A DNA stretch of 64,000 nt. Origin: Minisyncoccota bacterium (GTDB taxonomy: Bacteria > Patescibacteriota > Minisyncoccia > Phycocordibacterales > UBA9973). Shown here in pieces: positions 39,357 to 48,717 of this stretch; position 1 is the stretch's first letter, and each line of letters begins with the position of its first letter. Location of the stretch: positions 79,967 through 143,966 of the forward strand of contig JBAYUN010000002.1 in the NCBI GenBank assembly GCA_041675085.1, given 5' to 3'. The position numbers were made by a program, and so were the translations under genes. A model generated the notes under the pieces. It saw only the letters and a list, made by a program, of their open reading frames with translations, was not told the DNA's origin and ran no database searches.

Positions 39357-40364
39357 TTATATATTAAATAACGGATTAATAATACCCAAGGCGACGAGTC
39401 CACCCAAGAGCGCAAATAGACCTAACCCTATCACGACTACTCCGGAGGATTTAAAGAAAAGATTAGCGTATTTAGAATTAGCGAAAGAAGAAGAACCAAA
39501 AGACAACAATAGAAGTACCGGTAAAGTCCCTAAAGCAAAAGCAAACATTATCAGACTTCCATTTAGGAATGATCCACTCGATAGAGCTACGACTTGCATC
39601 GATTGAGTAAAACCACAAGGCAAGAAAAAAGTACCAAAACCAACAAGCAGTGGAGTAAAAGTTTTGTGCTCTATTTTTCTAAAGAATTTAAATATTCCCG
39701 AAGGTAATACAATTTTATTCTTTTCAAATATTCCAACTAAATTCAATCCGAGGAATATCATGACTGTAGATGCGATTAGTCCTAAAATAGCAGTCAGAGT
39801 AAAATTAATACCAATAATATTACCTACTAATCCTAGAGCTCCGCCCAATAAACCAAAACTCACCAATCTCCCAACATGGAACAAGATGAAAGTTTTCTTA
39901 TCACTGACGTTATCTTGAGACATCTTGGCAGACAAAGACAAGACGAGCCCTCCGACAATAGCCAAACAAGAAGATACCGACGCAATGAGTCCAACGATGA
40001 AACTTGTAGTTGGCGTAGTCTTACCTCCAAAACCCAGATTTAGAATTCCAGATTTTTGAAGTAAAAAGAAAAGTATCAAGAAACCTAAACCTATAGGTAT
40101 TGCTTGCCACAAAATATCATTATTTTGTTTTTCTACTTTAATATTTTCAACTGAAAGAATATAGCCGTTAGTTTTGATAAGACTACCAAGAATTTCAACT
40201 AACTCTTCTTTACTTTTCGAACTATCAGTCTCGATATCTACCGTCGCAGTTTTTAAATCAACTTTTACATTTTTAACTATCTCCTCTTCCCCTAAAACAT
40301 CTTCGATTAATATCTTGCAAGATGCACAATGTGTACCCGAAACATGAAATGTATATTTGTTCAT
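39357..40364 (-). CDS. HMA domain plus DsbD_2/TauE-like membrane protein
   Basis: GTHCASC, SSCLAIVGG, FHVGR, LPCGF, FALGT. Confidence 0.88.
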   Translation of the reverse strand: MNKYTFHVSGTHCASCKILIEDVLGEEEIVKNVKVDLKTATVDIETDSSKSKEELVEILGSLIKTNGYILSVENIKVEKQNNDILWQAIPIGLGFLILFFLLQKSGILNLGFGGKTTPTTSFIVGLIASVSSCLAIVGGLVLSLSAKMSQDNVSDKKTFILFHVGRLVSFGLLGGALGLVGNIIGINFTLTAILGLIASTVMIFLGLNLVGIFEKNKIVLPSGIFKFFRKIEHKTFTPLLVGFGTFFLPCGFTQSMQVVALSSGSFLNGSLIMFAFALGTLPVLLLLSFGSSSFANSKYANLFFKSSGVVVIGLGLFALLGGLVALGIINPLFNI

Positions 40365-40375
40365 AATTTTATTAG

Positions 40376-40909
40376 TTACTTTGCAAAAGGTTCTGGTGAA
40401 TTATTTTTATTTCGACTGATAAAATCTAGTATTTTAGTTTCGTCGTATTCTTCCATATTTTCTAATCTAGTCCAGGAAGCTAAAACTATTCTAGAATCGT
40501 TTCCTTCTCTAGGAGAGATTATAACACTTTGTGAATTTGCTTTTGCTATTTTTTTAAGATTCTCAAGCGTAGATTCATCAATATTTTTATAAGAAATCCA
40601 AATACCTCCATGTTCTAGATTGTGTACAACTTGCTCGTCTATTAAAGGATTGTTATAGACTCCCCATTTTGCAGGATCCACCCAATGGGCACCTGAAGTT
40701 GGTGGATTAGAATTATATGCTTCATGCTCCTCTCCTGGTTTTATATGAGAGACCTTTTGTTCTGGAAATACTTGACCAATAGGACCTAAATTTTCAGTAT
40801 TTTTTTCTGCTTTAAAGGGGGCCAGTTTTGTATCTTGATTAAGTGCCCAAGCTATTAAGCTTCCTACAAACAAGAACACTGCTACTGTGATGATTATATA
40901 TTTTTTCAT
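40376..40909 (-). CDS. DUF3105 domain protein
   Basis: YNSNPPTSGAHW, VHNLEHGG. Confidence 0.88.
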   Translation of the reverse strand: MKKYIIITVAVFLFVGSLIAWALNQDTKLAPFKAEKNTENLGPIGQVFPEQKVSHIKPGEEHEAYNSNPPTSGAHWVDPAKWGVYNNPLIDEQVVHNLEHGGIWISYKNIDESTLENLKKIAKANSQSVIISPREGNDSRIVLASWTRLENMEEYDETKILDFISRNKNNSPEPFAK

Positions 40910-40926
40910 AATTTTAATTATAATTT

Positions 40927-41556
40927 TTATTTATACCAAGTATTATACCAACCTTGCATTTGTTCTATTTCTTTTGTTTGAGATTCGATAATATTATTTG
41001 CAAGTGTTAGCATTTCGGGTCTATTTGTTCCAGCCTTAAGCATCTGAGCCATCATCACAGCTAGTTGATGATGAGGAATCATACCTTCAATAAATGCTTT
41101 ATCGAAATCACTTGCGTTCTCTAATGCACTCATATCTTCTGTTCCTCCCATATGCATTCCACGACCTGACATCATACCTCCACCCATTCTAGATGTATTT
41201 GCCTTAGGCACATCAGCATCAAACCAATCTTTATACCAACTTTTCATATCCACTATTTCTTTATTTTGAGCTTCGATAATAGCTATTGCTAGGGTTTTTA
41301 TTTCTGGGTGGGTAGCTTTTGTTAAAGCAAGTGTAGCCATATCAATAGCTCCTTCATGATGAGGAATCATTTGTTCTATAAAGTGGCTGTCCATTCTATT
41401 AATATCACCACCTACCCTGTCACCAAACACACCTCCATTACTACGAAAATTATTTCCGTACATCATACCTCTATACCCTGAAATGTTACTAAGTAGTAAT
41501 ACTATGATTACTCCCAACACCACTCCTCCAACTCCAAACATAATTTTATTGTTCAT
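40927..41556 (-). CDS. DUF305 (CopM-like) protein
   Basis: Two MIPHH..A..MA repeats, Met/Gly-rich linker. Confidence 0.9.
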   Translation of the reverse strand: MNNKIMFGVGGVVLGVIIVLLLSNISGYRGMMYGNNFRSNGGVFGDRVGGDINRMDSHFIEQMIPHHEGAIDMATLALTKATHPEIKTLAIAIIEAQNKEIVDMKSWYKDWFDADVPKANTSRMGGGMMSGRGMHMGGTEDMSALENASDFDKAFIEGMIPHHQLAVMMAQMLKAGTNRPEMLTLANNIIESQTKEIEQMQGWYNTWYK

Positions 41557-41573
41557 ATAATTTTTAATTTACT

Positions 41574-43844
41574 TTATAATTTCTTACTTTTAATTCTTAA
41601 TGAATTAGACACAACAGCAACAGATGAAAATGCCATAGCCAGGCCTGCAAAAACAGGATTGAGGAGCCACCCATTTATAGGATAAAATAGTCCTGCCGCG
41701 AGAGGTATACCTATAATATTAAAAATAAAAGCCCAGAAAAGATTTTGTTTGATACCTAGCATGGTCATTTTGGATAATTTGATTGCACTTTTGATCTTCA
41801 TAATATCTCCACCCAAAAGAGTTATTCCAGCAGATTCTATCGCTACGTCTGTCCCCGTACCCATAGCGATACCTACGTCAGCAGATGCGAGTGCAGGAGC
41901 ATCATTAATACCATCTCCAACCATTGCCACAATATTATTATTTTCTTGCAATTCTTTTATTTTTCCAGCTTTTTGTTTTGGTAGTACTTCAGCAATTACT
42001 TCATCTATACCTGCCTGCTTAGCAATATATCTTGCAGCTGGATAATTATCCCCTGTTAACATTACTATTTTAATTTTTAATTTATGTAAAACACTTATCA
42101 ATTCTTTTGCTTCGTTTTTCAAAGTATCACTGAGGGCAATTAATCCAATTAATTTTTTATCTATCTCAATAAGAACAACAGTTTTTCCTTGCTCTTGTAA
42201 ATTCGTAATTTCATTATTTCTAATATCATCCTTTGATGGTTTATGAATATATATTTCTTTACCGTCTAGAAATCCAGTCACCCCTACCCCCTCTAAGGCT
42301 GTAAACTTTTCCACTTTCCCTGGTGTAATATTTTTTAATTCTGCGTATTTTACTATAGCAGAAGCGAGTGGATGCTCTGAAAGATTCTCTATACTAGAAG
42401 CCATATATAAAACCTCATTTGTTGTAAAATTATTGTCTAATAAAATAACATCTGTTACTTCTGGCTTACCTTTTGTTAAAGTGCCGGTTTTATCTAAGAC
42501 AACAATATTTACTTTACTTAATTTTTCTAAAGCTTCTGCATCTTTAATCAATATTCCATTTACCGCTCCTTTACCAACTCCGACTATTATTGCAGTAGGT
42601 GTCGCAAGTCCAAGGGCGCAAGGACAAGCTATAACCAAAACTCCAACAAATGACAATATTCCAAAAGATAAAGCGGATGAAAATCCTAATACTATTGTTC
42701 CTATTGTAAGCCATAGTATCAAGGATAATGCAGCAATTATTAATACAACAGGGACAAAGACATTTGATATTTTATCCGCCAATGCTTGTATTGGGGCTTT
42801 TGAACCCTGAGCCTGTTCTACCATTTTTATTATTTGTGACAAGAAAGTATCGGCTCCTATTTTATTTGTTTTAAATTTGAAATTCCCTTGAATATTCATA
42901 GTGGCCCCATAGACATTATCCCCTGTCTTTTTATCAACAGGGATTGATTCACCTGTAATCATTGATTCATCTATTGACGATTGACCCTCAATTATTTCTC
43001 CATCTACTGGGATCTTTTCACCAGGTTTTACTATTATTATATCTCCTATTTTTACTTCATTGATTGATACTTCCACCTCAATTCCATCTTTTAATACCCG
43101 AGCAGTTTTTGCTTGTAGATTTAATAATTTTTCAATAGCTTCTCCTGTTCGTAATTTTGATCTCATTTCAAGATATTTTCCAAAAACAATAAAACCTATT
43201 ACCACTATAGTTACATCAAAATAAGTTTCTTCTGGAAAACCCAACAGTTCTCTCATTTCAGGCAGAAGTAAGATAAAAATACTATAAAAATACGCAACAG
43301 AAGTTCCTATACCAATCAAGGTATCCATATTAGCGACACGGTATTTAATAAATCTTAATACGCCTTGTAAAAAAGGTTGCCCTACCCAAAAAAGACTGAC
43401 TGTTGCTAAGATCATAGATATGATCCCATAAAGACTCATAGGTATAGGAAAATTTGGTACAAAAAGAAACAACCGTGCTCCTATCTCCCACATCATTAAA
43501 AAGAAGACAAGTAATGATATAGGTAAAACAAATTGCATTTTCATTTTCATTTCTGCTAATTCATTCTCTTTATCAATTTTTTTTTGATTCAATTCTAAAT
43601 GCATACTATGGTCTTCTTTCATTGTATTAGGATCTTCATCAATAAAATTATATCCAAGTTTTTCTATTTCAGAATTCATAGTAGAAACAGAAATTTTACT
43701 ATCATCAAAAATCACGTCAGCTTTCTCTGTAGCGTAATTCACATTAACAGAATCCACTCCCTCTAATTTAGCAACTTTTTTAGTAATAATTGCTGAGCAA
43801 CTAGCACAGTGCATTCCTTTAACTTTTAATGTTTTATTTGTCAT
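41574..43844 (-). CDS. copA: Copper-exporting P1B-type ATPase
   Basis: GMHCASC, TGES, CPC, DKTGT, SEHP, GDGIND, MAFSS. Confidence 0.95.
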   Translation of the reverse strand: MTNKTLKVKGMHCASCSAIITKKVAKLEGVDSVNVNYATEKADVIFDDSKISVSTMNSEIEKLGYNFIDEDPNTMKEDHSMHLELNQKKIDKENELAEMKMKMQFVLPISLLVFFLMMWEIGARLFLFVPNFPIPMSLYGIISMILATVSLFWVGQPFLQGVLRFIKYRVANMDTLIGIGTSVAYFYSIFILLLPEMRELLGFPEETYFDVTIVVIGFIVFGKYLEMRSKLRTGEAIEKLLNLQAKTARVLKDGIEVEVSINEVKIGDIIIVKPGEKIPVDGEIIEGQSSIDESMITGESIPVDKKTGDNVYGATMNIQGNFKFKTNKIGADTFLSQIIKMVEQAQGSKAPIQALADKISNVFVPVVLIIAALSLILWLTIGTIVLGFSSALSFGILSFVGVLVIACPCALGLATPTAIIVGVGKGAVNGILIKDAEALEKLSKVNIVVLDKTGTLTKGKPEVTDVILLDNNFTTNEVLYMASSIENLSEHPLASAIVKYAELKNITPGKVEKFTALEGVGVTGFLDGKEIYIHKPSKDDIRNNEITNLQEQGKTVVLIEIDKKLIGLIALSDTLKNEAKELISVLHKLKIKIVMLTGDNYPAARYIAKQAGIDEVIAEVLPKQKAGKIKELQENNNIVAMVGDGINDAPALASADVGIAMGTGTDVAIESAGITLLGGDIMKIKSAIKLSKMTMLGIKQNLFWAFIFNIIGIPLAAGLFYPINGWLLNPVFAGLAMAFSSVAVVSNSLRIKSKKL

Positions 43845-43856
43845 ATGTTTAAAAAA

Positions 43857-44420
43857 TTAAATATTGTACCAATCTTTTCTCCAATTCTTAAAAACCTCTA
43901 AAGTATCTTTAAGAAAAGTTTCGACCGCGTCAGCATTATTCAAAACTTCTAATCTGCTAGATTTGGTTTTTATATCTTTTGTCATTTCTAGACCCATATC
44001 ATGATGAGCCATAAGTGCATTCAAAAAACGTAAATCGTAATTTTCATCATACGCACCGAGATTTGAAACTACTGGATCTTTTACTTTACGAGTATCTCGA
44101 TACCAATCTTTTTTCCACGCATATAATTCATCAATCGCCCCAGGCTCATTAGTTAATATTTTTTCGGCTAATTCTTTTATTTCGGGACGTTCTGAATAAT
44201 TTTGAGCTTGCTCTGCTAAAAGCATAGCTCCCCTATGATGAGAAATCATGGCATTTAAATATCTTAAATCTACAGTTCTATCGGCTCTACCGAAATCCAT
44301 ATCAGATTTATCATACATATTTACTTTATATTCTGGATTTGTAAAATAACCTAATAAGACTCCCAATACACCTGAAATAATTATTAATGCTATAGCTAAA
44401 GTTGTAGATATTTTTGACAT
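43857..44420 (-). CDS. DUF305 (CopM-like) protein
   Basis: MISHH, LMAHH repeats. Confidence 0.85.
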   Translation of the reverse strand: MSKISTTLAIALIIISGVLGVLLGYFTNPEYKVNMYDKSDMDFGRADRTVDLRYLNAMISHHRGAMLLAEQAQNYSERPEIKELAEKILTNEPGAIDELYAWKKDWYRDTRKVKDPVVSNLGAYDENYDLRFLNALMAHHDMGLEMTKDIKTKSSRLEVLNNADAVETFLKDTLEVFKNWRKDWYNI

Positions 44421-44425
44421 ATATT

Positions 44426-44689
44426 TTATTTTTTCTTTAATTGATAAACTTTTAATATTTCATTGGTGGCCTTGTCGGTCTCACCTCTTTTAATTTGATT
44501 AACAACACAATGACCCAAATGTTCTTTCAATAACACGTCTTCCACTCCCGAGAGAGCTTGCTTGATAGCTGACGTTTGAGTGATAACATCAATACAATAA
44601 GTATCATTCGCTATGAGATTCTCTAAACCCCTAACCTGCCCTTGTATTATTTTAAGTCTTTTTATTAACTTTTCTTTTTCTGTTTTCAT
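44426..44689 (-). CDS. csoR: CsoR family metal-sensing repressor
   Basis: RLKIIQGQVRG, YCIDV, HLGHC. Confidence 0.92.
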   Translation of the reverse strand: MKTEKEKLIKRLKIIQGQVRGLENLIANDTYCIDVITQTSAIKQALSGVEDVLLKEHLGHCVVNQIKRGETDKATNEILKVYQLKKK

Positions 44690-44695
44690 GAACTA

Positions 44696-44724
44696 AGTAT
44701 ATACCCCCTAGGGGTATATGTCAA
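44696..44724 (-). promoter_or_regulatory. cop operon promoter with CsoR operator
   Basis: TTGACA-17-TATACT enclosing ATATACCCC-CTA-GGGGTATAT (44699-44719). Confidence 0.88.
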
Positions 44725-44769
44725 ACCTCTTTGTTTGGGTATAACTATATAATTTGGTAAACTATAAAC

Positions 44770-45342
44770 ATGATAGCTAGCATCACAGGCAAAATAACCC
44801 TAATAAAAGACAAATTCATGGTCATAGAGACCAACGGTTTAGGCTACAAAGTTCACGTCTCCCCCGACATTATCGACAGACATACAAAAAATACTAATAC
44901 CGAAATCTCTCTTTTTATTTATTCTCATATCCGTGAAGATGCTTTTGACCTATACGGCTTCTTAGAATACTCTGATTTAGAATTTTTTGAAATGCTTATT
45001 AGTGTATCGGGTATCGGACCGAAAGGAGCTCTCGTTATACTCGCAGTAGCTAGCACTAATACTCTGAAAAAAGCTATCAAGCAAAATGACCTCGGTTATC
45101 TGACGAAGATATCCGGTATCGGTAAAAAGACTGCAGAGAAAATGATACTCGAGCTCCGAGACAAAGTAGGAATAGCAGAAGAGAATGATAGTAGTCTCCA
45201 AAACGAACTAGATGTACTCGAAGCCTTAAAGGCGCTCGGTTATTCTCAATACCAAGTACGTGAAACTTTGAAACAAATGGATCCTAGTATGGACACAAAT
45301 ACAAAAATCCGAGAAGCGTTAAAAATATTAGGTAAAATGTAA
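44770..45342 (+). CDS. ruvA: Holliday junction branch migration protein RuvA
   Basis: IREDAFDLYGF, VSGIGPK, GIGKKTAE, ALKALGY. Confidence 0.96.
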   Translation: MIASITGKITLIKDKFMVIETNGLGYKVHVSPDIIDRHTKNTNTEISLFIYSHIREDAFDLYGFLEYSDLEFFEMLISVSGIGPKGALVILAVASTNTLKKAIKQNDLGYLTKISGIGKKTAEKMILELRDKVGIAEENDSSLQNELDVLEALKALGYSQYQVRETLKQMDPSMDTNTKIREALKILGKM

Positions 45343-45343
45343 T

Positions 45344-46243
45344 ATGCCAGAATTACCAGAAGTAGAAAATCTAAGACTAGGATTAGAAAGTAAAATCCTC
45401 GGACAGAAAATACTAAAAGTAGAAGTCTATAAACCTAAATTAGTCTCGAGCAAGAGTACTAAACGCACTCCTTCCAAAAAGAAAGTCGTAGAATTTGAGA
45501 ACGGTTTAACTAATGAGAAATTCATCGCCGTAGAAAGACGAGCCAAGAATCTGATCTTTAGACTAAGTCACGACAAGATAATCCTAGTTCATCTAAAAAT
45601 GACGGGGCAATTCGTCTATAAATCTAAAAAGAAAGAAAAGAATATTACGGGCGGGCATCCGATATTTCTCTCTGAGAGTGAATTGCCAAACAAGCACACT
45701 CATATCATATTTCATTTATCAAACGGGACTCTGTATTATAACGACACCCGTATGTTTGGGTACGTACTATATTATCCAAGTCAAAAAGAATTCGACAAAG
45801 AAAATCATTTTAAAAAATTGGGCTTAGAGCCAGTAGAAAAAGATTTTAATTCTGCATATTTCTCTCAAAAATTAAAAACTAAAAAAGGCAAAATCAAAGC
45901 CGTCTTATTAAATCAAGATATCGTCACCGGCGTCGGCAATATCTACGCGGACGAGAGCTTGTTTGAGTCTGGTATCAGACCTGACCGACAAGCTAATACT
46001 TTAAAAATTGATGAAGTATCTAAATTACATAAAGCTATAATTAGAATTATAAAAAAAGCTATTTCTGTCGGAGGCTCAAGTGTAGCTACCTATCGCCTAC
46101 TCGACGATACAGAAGGCAACTATGCGAGAGAGCATAAAGTTTACGGTAAAGTTGGCAAGAAATGTGTGAACTGTGAGGAAAAACTTGAGAAAATAATAAT
46201 CCAAAGTCGTACTACTATCTTTTGCAAAAATTGCCAGAAATAA
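45344..46243 (+). CDS. mutM: Formamidopyrimidine-DNA glycosylase
   Basis: MPELPEVE, HLKMTG, GVGNIYADE, C-terminal zinc finger. Confidence 0.96.
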   Translation: MPELPEVENLRLGLESKILGQKILKVEVYKPKLVSSKSTKRTPSKKKVVEFENGLTNEKFIAVERRAKNLIFRLSHDKIILVHLKMTGQFVYKSKKKEKNITGGHPIFLSESELPNKHTHIIFHLSNGTLYYNDTRMFGYVLYYPSQKEFDKENHFKKLGLEPVEKDFNSAYFSQKLKTKKGKIKAVLLNQDIVTGVGNIYADESLFESGIRPDRQANTLKIDEVSKLHKAIIRIIKKAISVGGSSVATYRLLDDTEGNYAREHKVYGKVGKKCVNCEEKLEKIIIQSRTTIFCKNCQK

Positions 46244-46282
46244 AATATTTTAAAAAATTAGATTAATTGATATAATATACGG

Positions 46283-46432
46283 ATGAAATTGATACTTGGA
46301 TTTATTGGAATAGTTGCGGTCTTATGGCTATTATGGTTTTTCTCTGGTGGCCCTAGAAAATTTGAAGAAAACCCTCAAGGTAAATTTATCCGACCTCTAC
46401 AGATAGACGCTCCAGCTGAAACTTACGACTAA
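46283..46432 (+). CDS. 49-aa small membrane protein (absent from ORF track)
   Basis: MKLILGFIGIVAVLWLLWFFSGGPRKFEENPQGKFIRPLQIDAPAETYD; ATG 6 nt after TGATATAAT. Confidence 0.75.
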   Translation: MKLILGFIGIVAVLWLLWFFSGGPRKFEENPQGKFIRPLQIDAPAETYD

Positions 46433-46440
46433 TTTTAAGT

Positions 46441-46917
46441 TTAGATTTTCAAAACTCCATACAAGAATACGCCCAAAGATACTGAGACATTGAGGGACTC
46501 CTTTTTTCCTTTCATGGGTATCTCGCCTATGACGTCGGCTTTATCTAAAATCTTTTTATCTACTCCGGTAACTTCGTTACCTACGATAAAAATATTCTTC
46601 TCGCCGAGTTTTATTTTCTTATAATGAATAGATCTTTTGTCTTGCTCCAAGCAGATTATTTTGTATCCTTCGCGTGATAACTTTGTTAAAAGAGGTATTA
46701 AGCTTTTTTTGTATTCCCAAGGTACAGACTCCTCAGCACCGAGAGCGGATTTAGCGATATCATTACGCTTTTTACCGAATCTATCGACAGGGCTCGCAGT
46801 ATAGCCAGTAATATATATCTTATCGATACCGGTAGCGTCAGCCGTCCGGAACATAGCTCCGACGTTTTCCGTACTACGAATATCATTAAGTATTAAAACA
46901 TTTGTTTGTTTTTTCAT
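46441..46917 (-). CDS. SpoU/TrmH family RNA methyltransferase
   Basis: NVGAMFRTAD, GNEVTG, IPM.G..ESLNVS. Confidence 0.92.
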   Translation of the reverse strand: MKKQTNVLILNDIRSTENVGAMFRTADATGIDKIYITGYTASPVDRFGKKRNDIAKSALGAEESVPWEYKKSLIPLLTKLSREGYKIICLEQDKRSIHYKKIKLGEKNIFIVGNEVTGVDKKILDKADVIGEIPMKGKKESLNVSVSLGVFLYGVLKI

Positions 46918-46918
46918 A

Positions 46919-48295
46919 TTATTTCAAAAAATTCTTACCACGCATTTGTTTATGATACGTTATCGCGAATCTGTGCGCTTCGTTGTTTACCAATATTATC
47001 TCTCTTTTATATTTATTTATAAAGGTCGAACCTTGGACTCCCTTAAGGTTCGACCTTGGGGAGAGAGTTAATTTCGCTACTTTATGTCTATTGTCTTTAG
47101 TCACAGCTACGACTTTGATATCAAGATTATTTTCTCTCAATACTTTCTCTGCCGTATTTATCTGAGCTGTACTACCGTCGACTACTATAAACGAAGGCAA
47201 GGTCCATTCTGTATGCTTTAGCCTTCTCTCCAAGACTTCTCTCAAAGCTCCCGTATCGTTAGCGTCACTCTGTGTTCGGATTTTGAATTTCTTGTATTCA
47301 TTTTTAGCAACTTCGCCATCTTCAATAACAGTCATAACTCCGACCATATTCTGTCCGCTCATATGCGCTATGTCATAGGCTTCTATGCGAAAAGAGAAAT
47401 TTTGGATATGCTTGGAGGAGTATTCGCTACCGCCAGATAAATCTTGAGGATTCAAGATAGAGTGCGAACGACGGAGAGCATTTCCAAAATTTTGATTTTC
47501 GTATTTATCATCCCCTTTTATTAATGCAATATCATTAATATGATTTAGTGCAAAAATCTTTCTTTTTATTTCTCCAGCTTTTTCAAATTCTAATTTCTTA
47601 GCATGGATCTTCATCTCGCGATTTAGATCTATGATAATATCTTTCTTCTTACCGTTTAGGAAAAGAATAATATGTTTAATATTTCTCAAGTACTCTTTTT
47701 TATTTTCTTCACTAGGGACGAGTTTTATCTGTTTATAAAATTCTTTATAGTTTTTAGTCTTGTCGTCATAAAATGGAAATATTTTCCTGATGATTTTGAG
47801 AGCTTCACGAAGCTGACCGCCATTCGTATAAGGGCCAAAGACTTTTTTATAATCACTCTTATCTAAGTTCTTGCCTCTTAGAACTAAGACTTTAGGTAAT
47901 TCGTCCCCGCCTGCATCGCTATGCGAAGCATTTCGGGCAGGTTTTGTAATACAAACATAATTAAAGCTCTTGTCAGACTTCTCTTTGGTATTGTAATATG
48001 GTTGATGCTTTTTTATTAAATTAGCTTCTAGTATCAAAGCTTCAAGGACGCTCGGAGTCTCTATCCATTCGATATTCTCTGCTTTAAAAACCATATCTAC
48101 GAGCAAAGGACCACGAGTATCTATCAAATCCTTACCAAAATAACTACGCACCCTGTCTTTTAGGCTTGTGGCTTTACCGATATATAAAATATTAGAAGAA
48201 AAACCCTCCTTCGCATAAAGCTTCGGATGGGCGAGAAACAGGTAAACTCCTGGCTTGTCGGGTAAATCGTAAGTTTTGAAAGTTTGACTTTTCAT
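46919..48295 (-). CDS. uvrC: Excinuclease ABC subunit C, short form, with four palindromic in-frame insertions
   Basis: PGVY..YIGKA, LEANLIK, IEAYDIAH, VDG, EAHRFAI. Confidence 0.92.
   Translation of the reverse strand: MKSQTFKTYDLPDKPGVYLFLAHPKLYAKEGFSSNILYIGKATSLKDRVRSYFGKDLIDTRGPLLVDMVFKAENIEWIETPSVLEALILEANLIKKHQPYYNTKEKSDKSFNYVCITKPARNASHSDAGGDELPKVLVLRGKNLDKSDYKKVFGPYTNGGQLREALKIIRKIFPFYDDKTKNYKEFYKQIKLVPSEENKKEYLRNIKHIILFLNGKKKDIIIDLNREMKIHAKKLEFEKAGEIKRKIFALNHINDIALIKGDDKYENQNFGNALRRSHSILNPQDLSGGSEYSSKHIQNFSFRIEAYDIAHMSGQNMVGVMTVIEDGEVAKNEYKKFKIRTQSDANDTGALREVLERRLKHTEWTLPSFIVVDGSTAQINTAEKVLRENNLDIKVVAVTKDNRHKVAKLTLSPRSNLKGVQGSTFINKYKREIILVNNEAHRFAITYHKQMRGKNFLK
47022..47057. repeat. 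REP-like double palindrome in uvrC
   Basis: AAGGTCGAACCTT-ggactccctt-AAGGTTCGACCTT, 36 nt. Confidence 0.85.
47397..47492. repeat. 96-nt nested hairpin insertion in uvrC
   Basis: AAATTTTGGATATGCT/AGCATTTCCAAAATTT arms (15/16), inner ATCTTGA/TCAAGAT. Confidence 0.75.
47906..47941. repeat. 36-nt GC-rich palindromic insertion in uvrC (PARNASHSDAGG)
   Basis: CCCGCCTG...CGGGCAGG imperfect inverted ends. Confidence 0.7.
48204..48231. repeat. GC-rich palindromic insertion in uvrC (AHPKLYAKEG)
   Basis: CCCTCCTTCGCATAAAGCTTCGGATGGG, between the GVY and YIG motifs. Confidence 0.65.
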
Positions 48296-48356
48296 AGAAA
48301 CACTATAGTATATAAAATGGATAATGTAAATTTGTTAACGCATAAAATTTTAAATA

Positions 48357-48662
48357 ATGAAATATTTTAGATTCATAATAATAGGACTTTTGTATCTATT
48401 AAAAGATTTATTCTATATAGTATTGGTTCAACCAATAGTAGAATTTTTAGAAGCAATAAAAAAAATTGCTGATGAATTACTAAACATAGTGGCGAGTGCG
48501 CCATACATCAAGGTCTTTCATGAGTTTTTGGCTTTTGGACCAATCACAGTTACAAATCTTTTTCTAAAAGAAGAAAGCAAGTACATAAAAGCCGCAAATT
48601 TTTTAAAAAACTTCAAAACCTCAACCGAGGATACTAACATCTTTAACAAAAAGATTAAATAA
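48357..48662 (+). CDS. Hypothetical protein, counter-oriented islet between uvrA and uvrC
   Basis: 101-aa ORF, hydrophobic N-terminus, followed by a bidirectional terminator. Confidence 0.5.
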   Translation: MKYFRFIIIGLLYLLKDLFYIVLVQPIVEFLEAIKKIADELLNIVASAPYIKVFHEFLAFGPITVTNLFLKEESKYIKAANFLKNFKTSTEDTNIFNKKIK

Positions 48663-48717
48663 AATTAGAAAAAAATTAAAACAAAATCGATTCCATTATA
48701 CAATGAAGTCGATTTTT

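Noticed and set aside
38952-44724. Copper cluster as a novel system
   Set aside because: csoR, copA, DUF305, HMA-DsbD_2 and cupredoxin clusters with a CsoR operator are a familiar arrangement.
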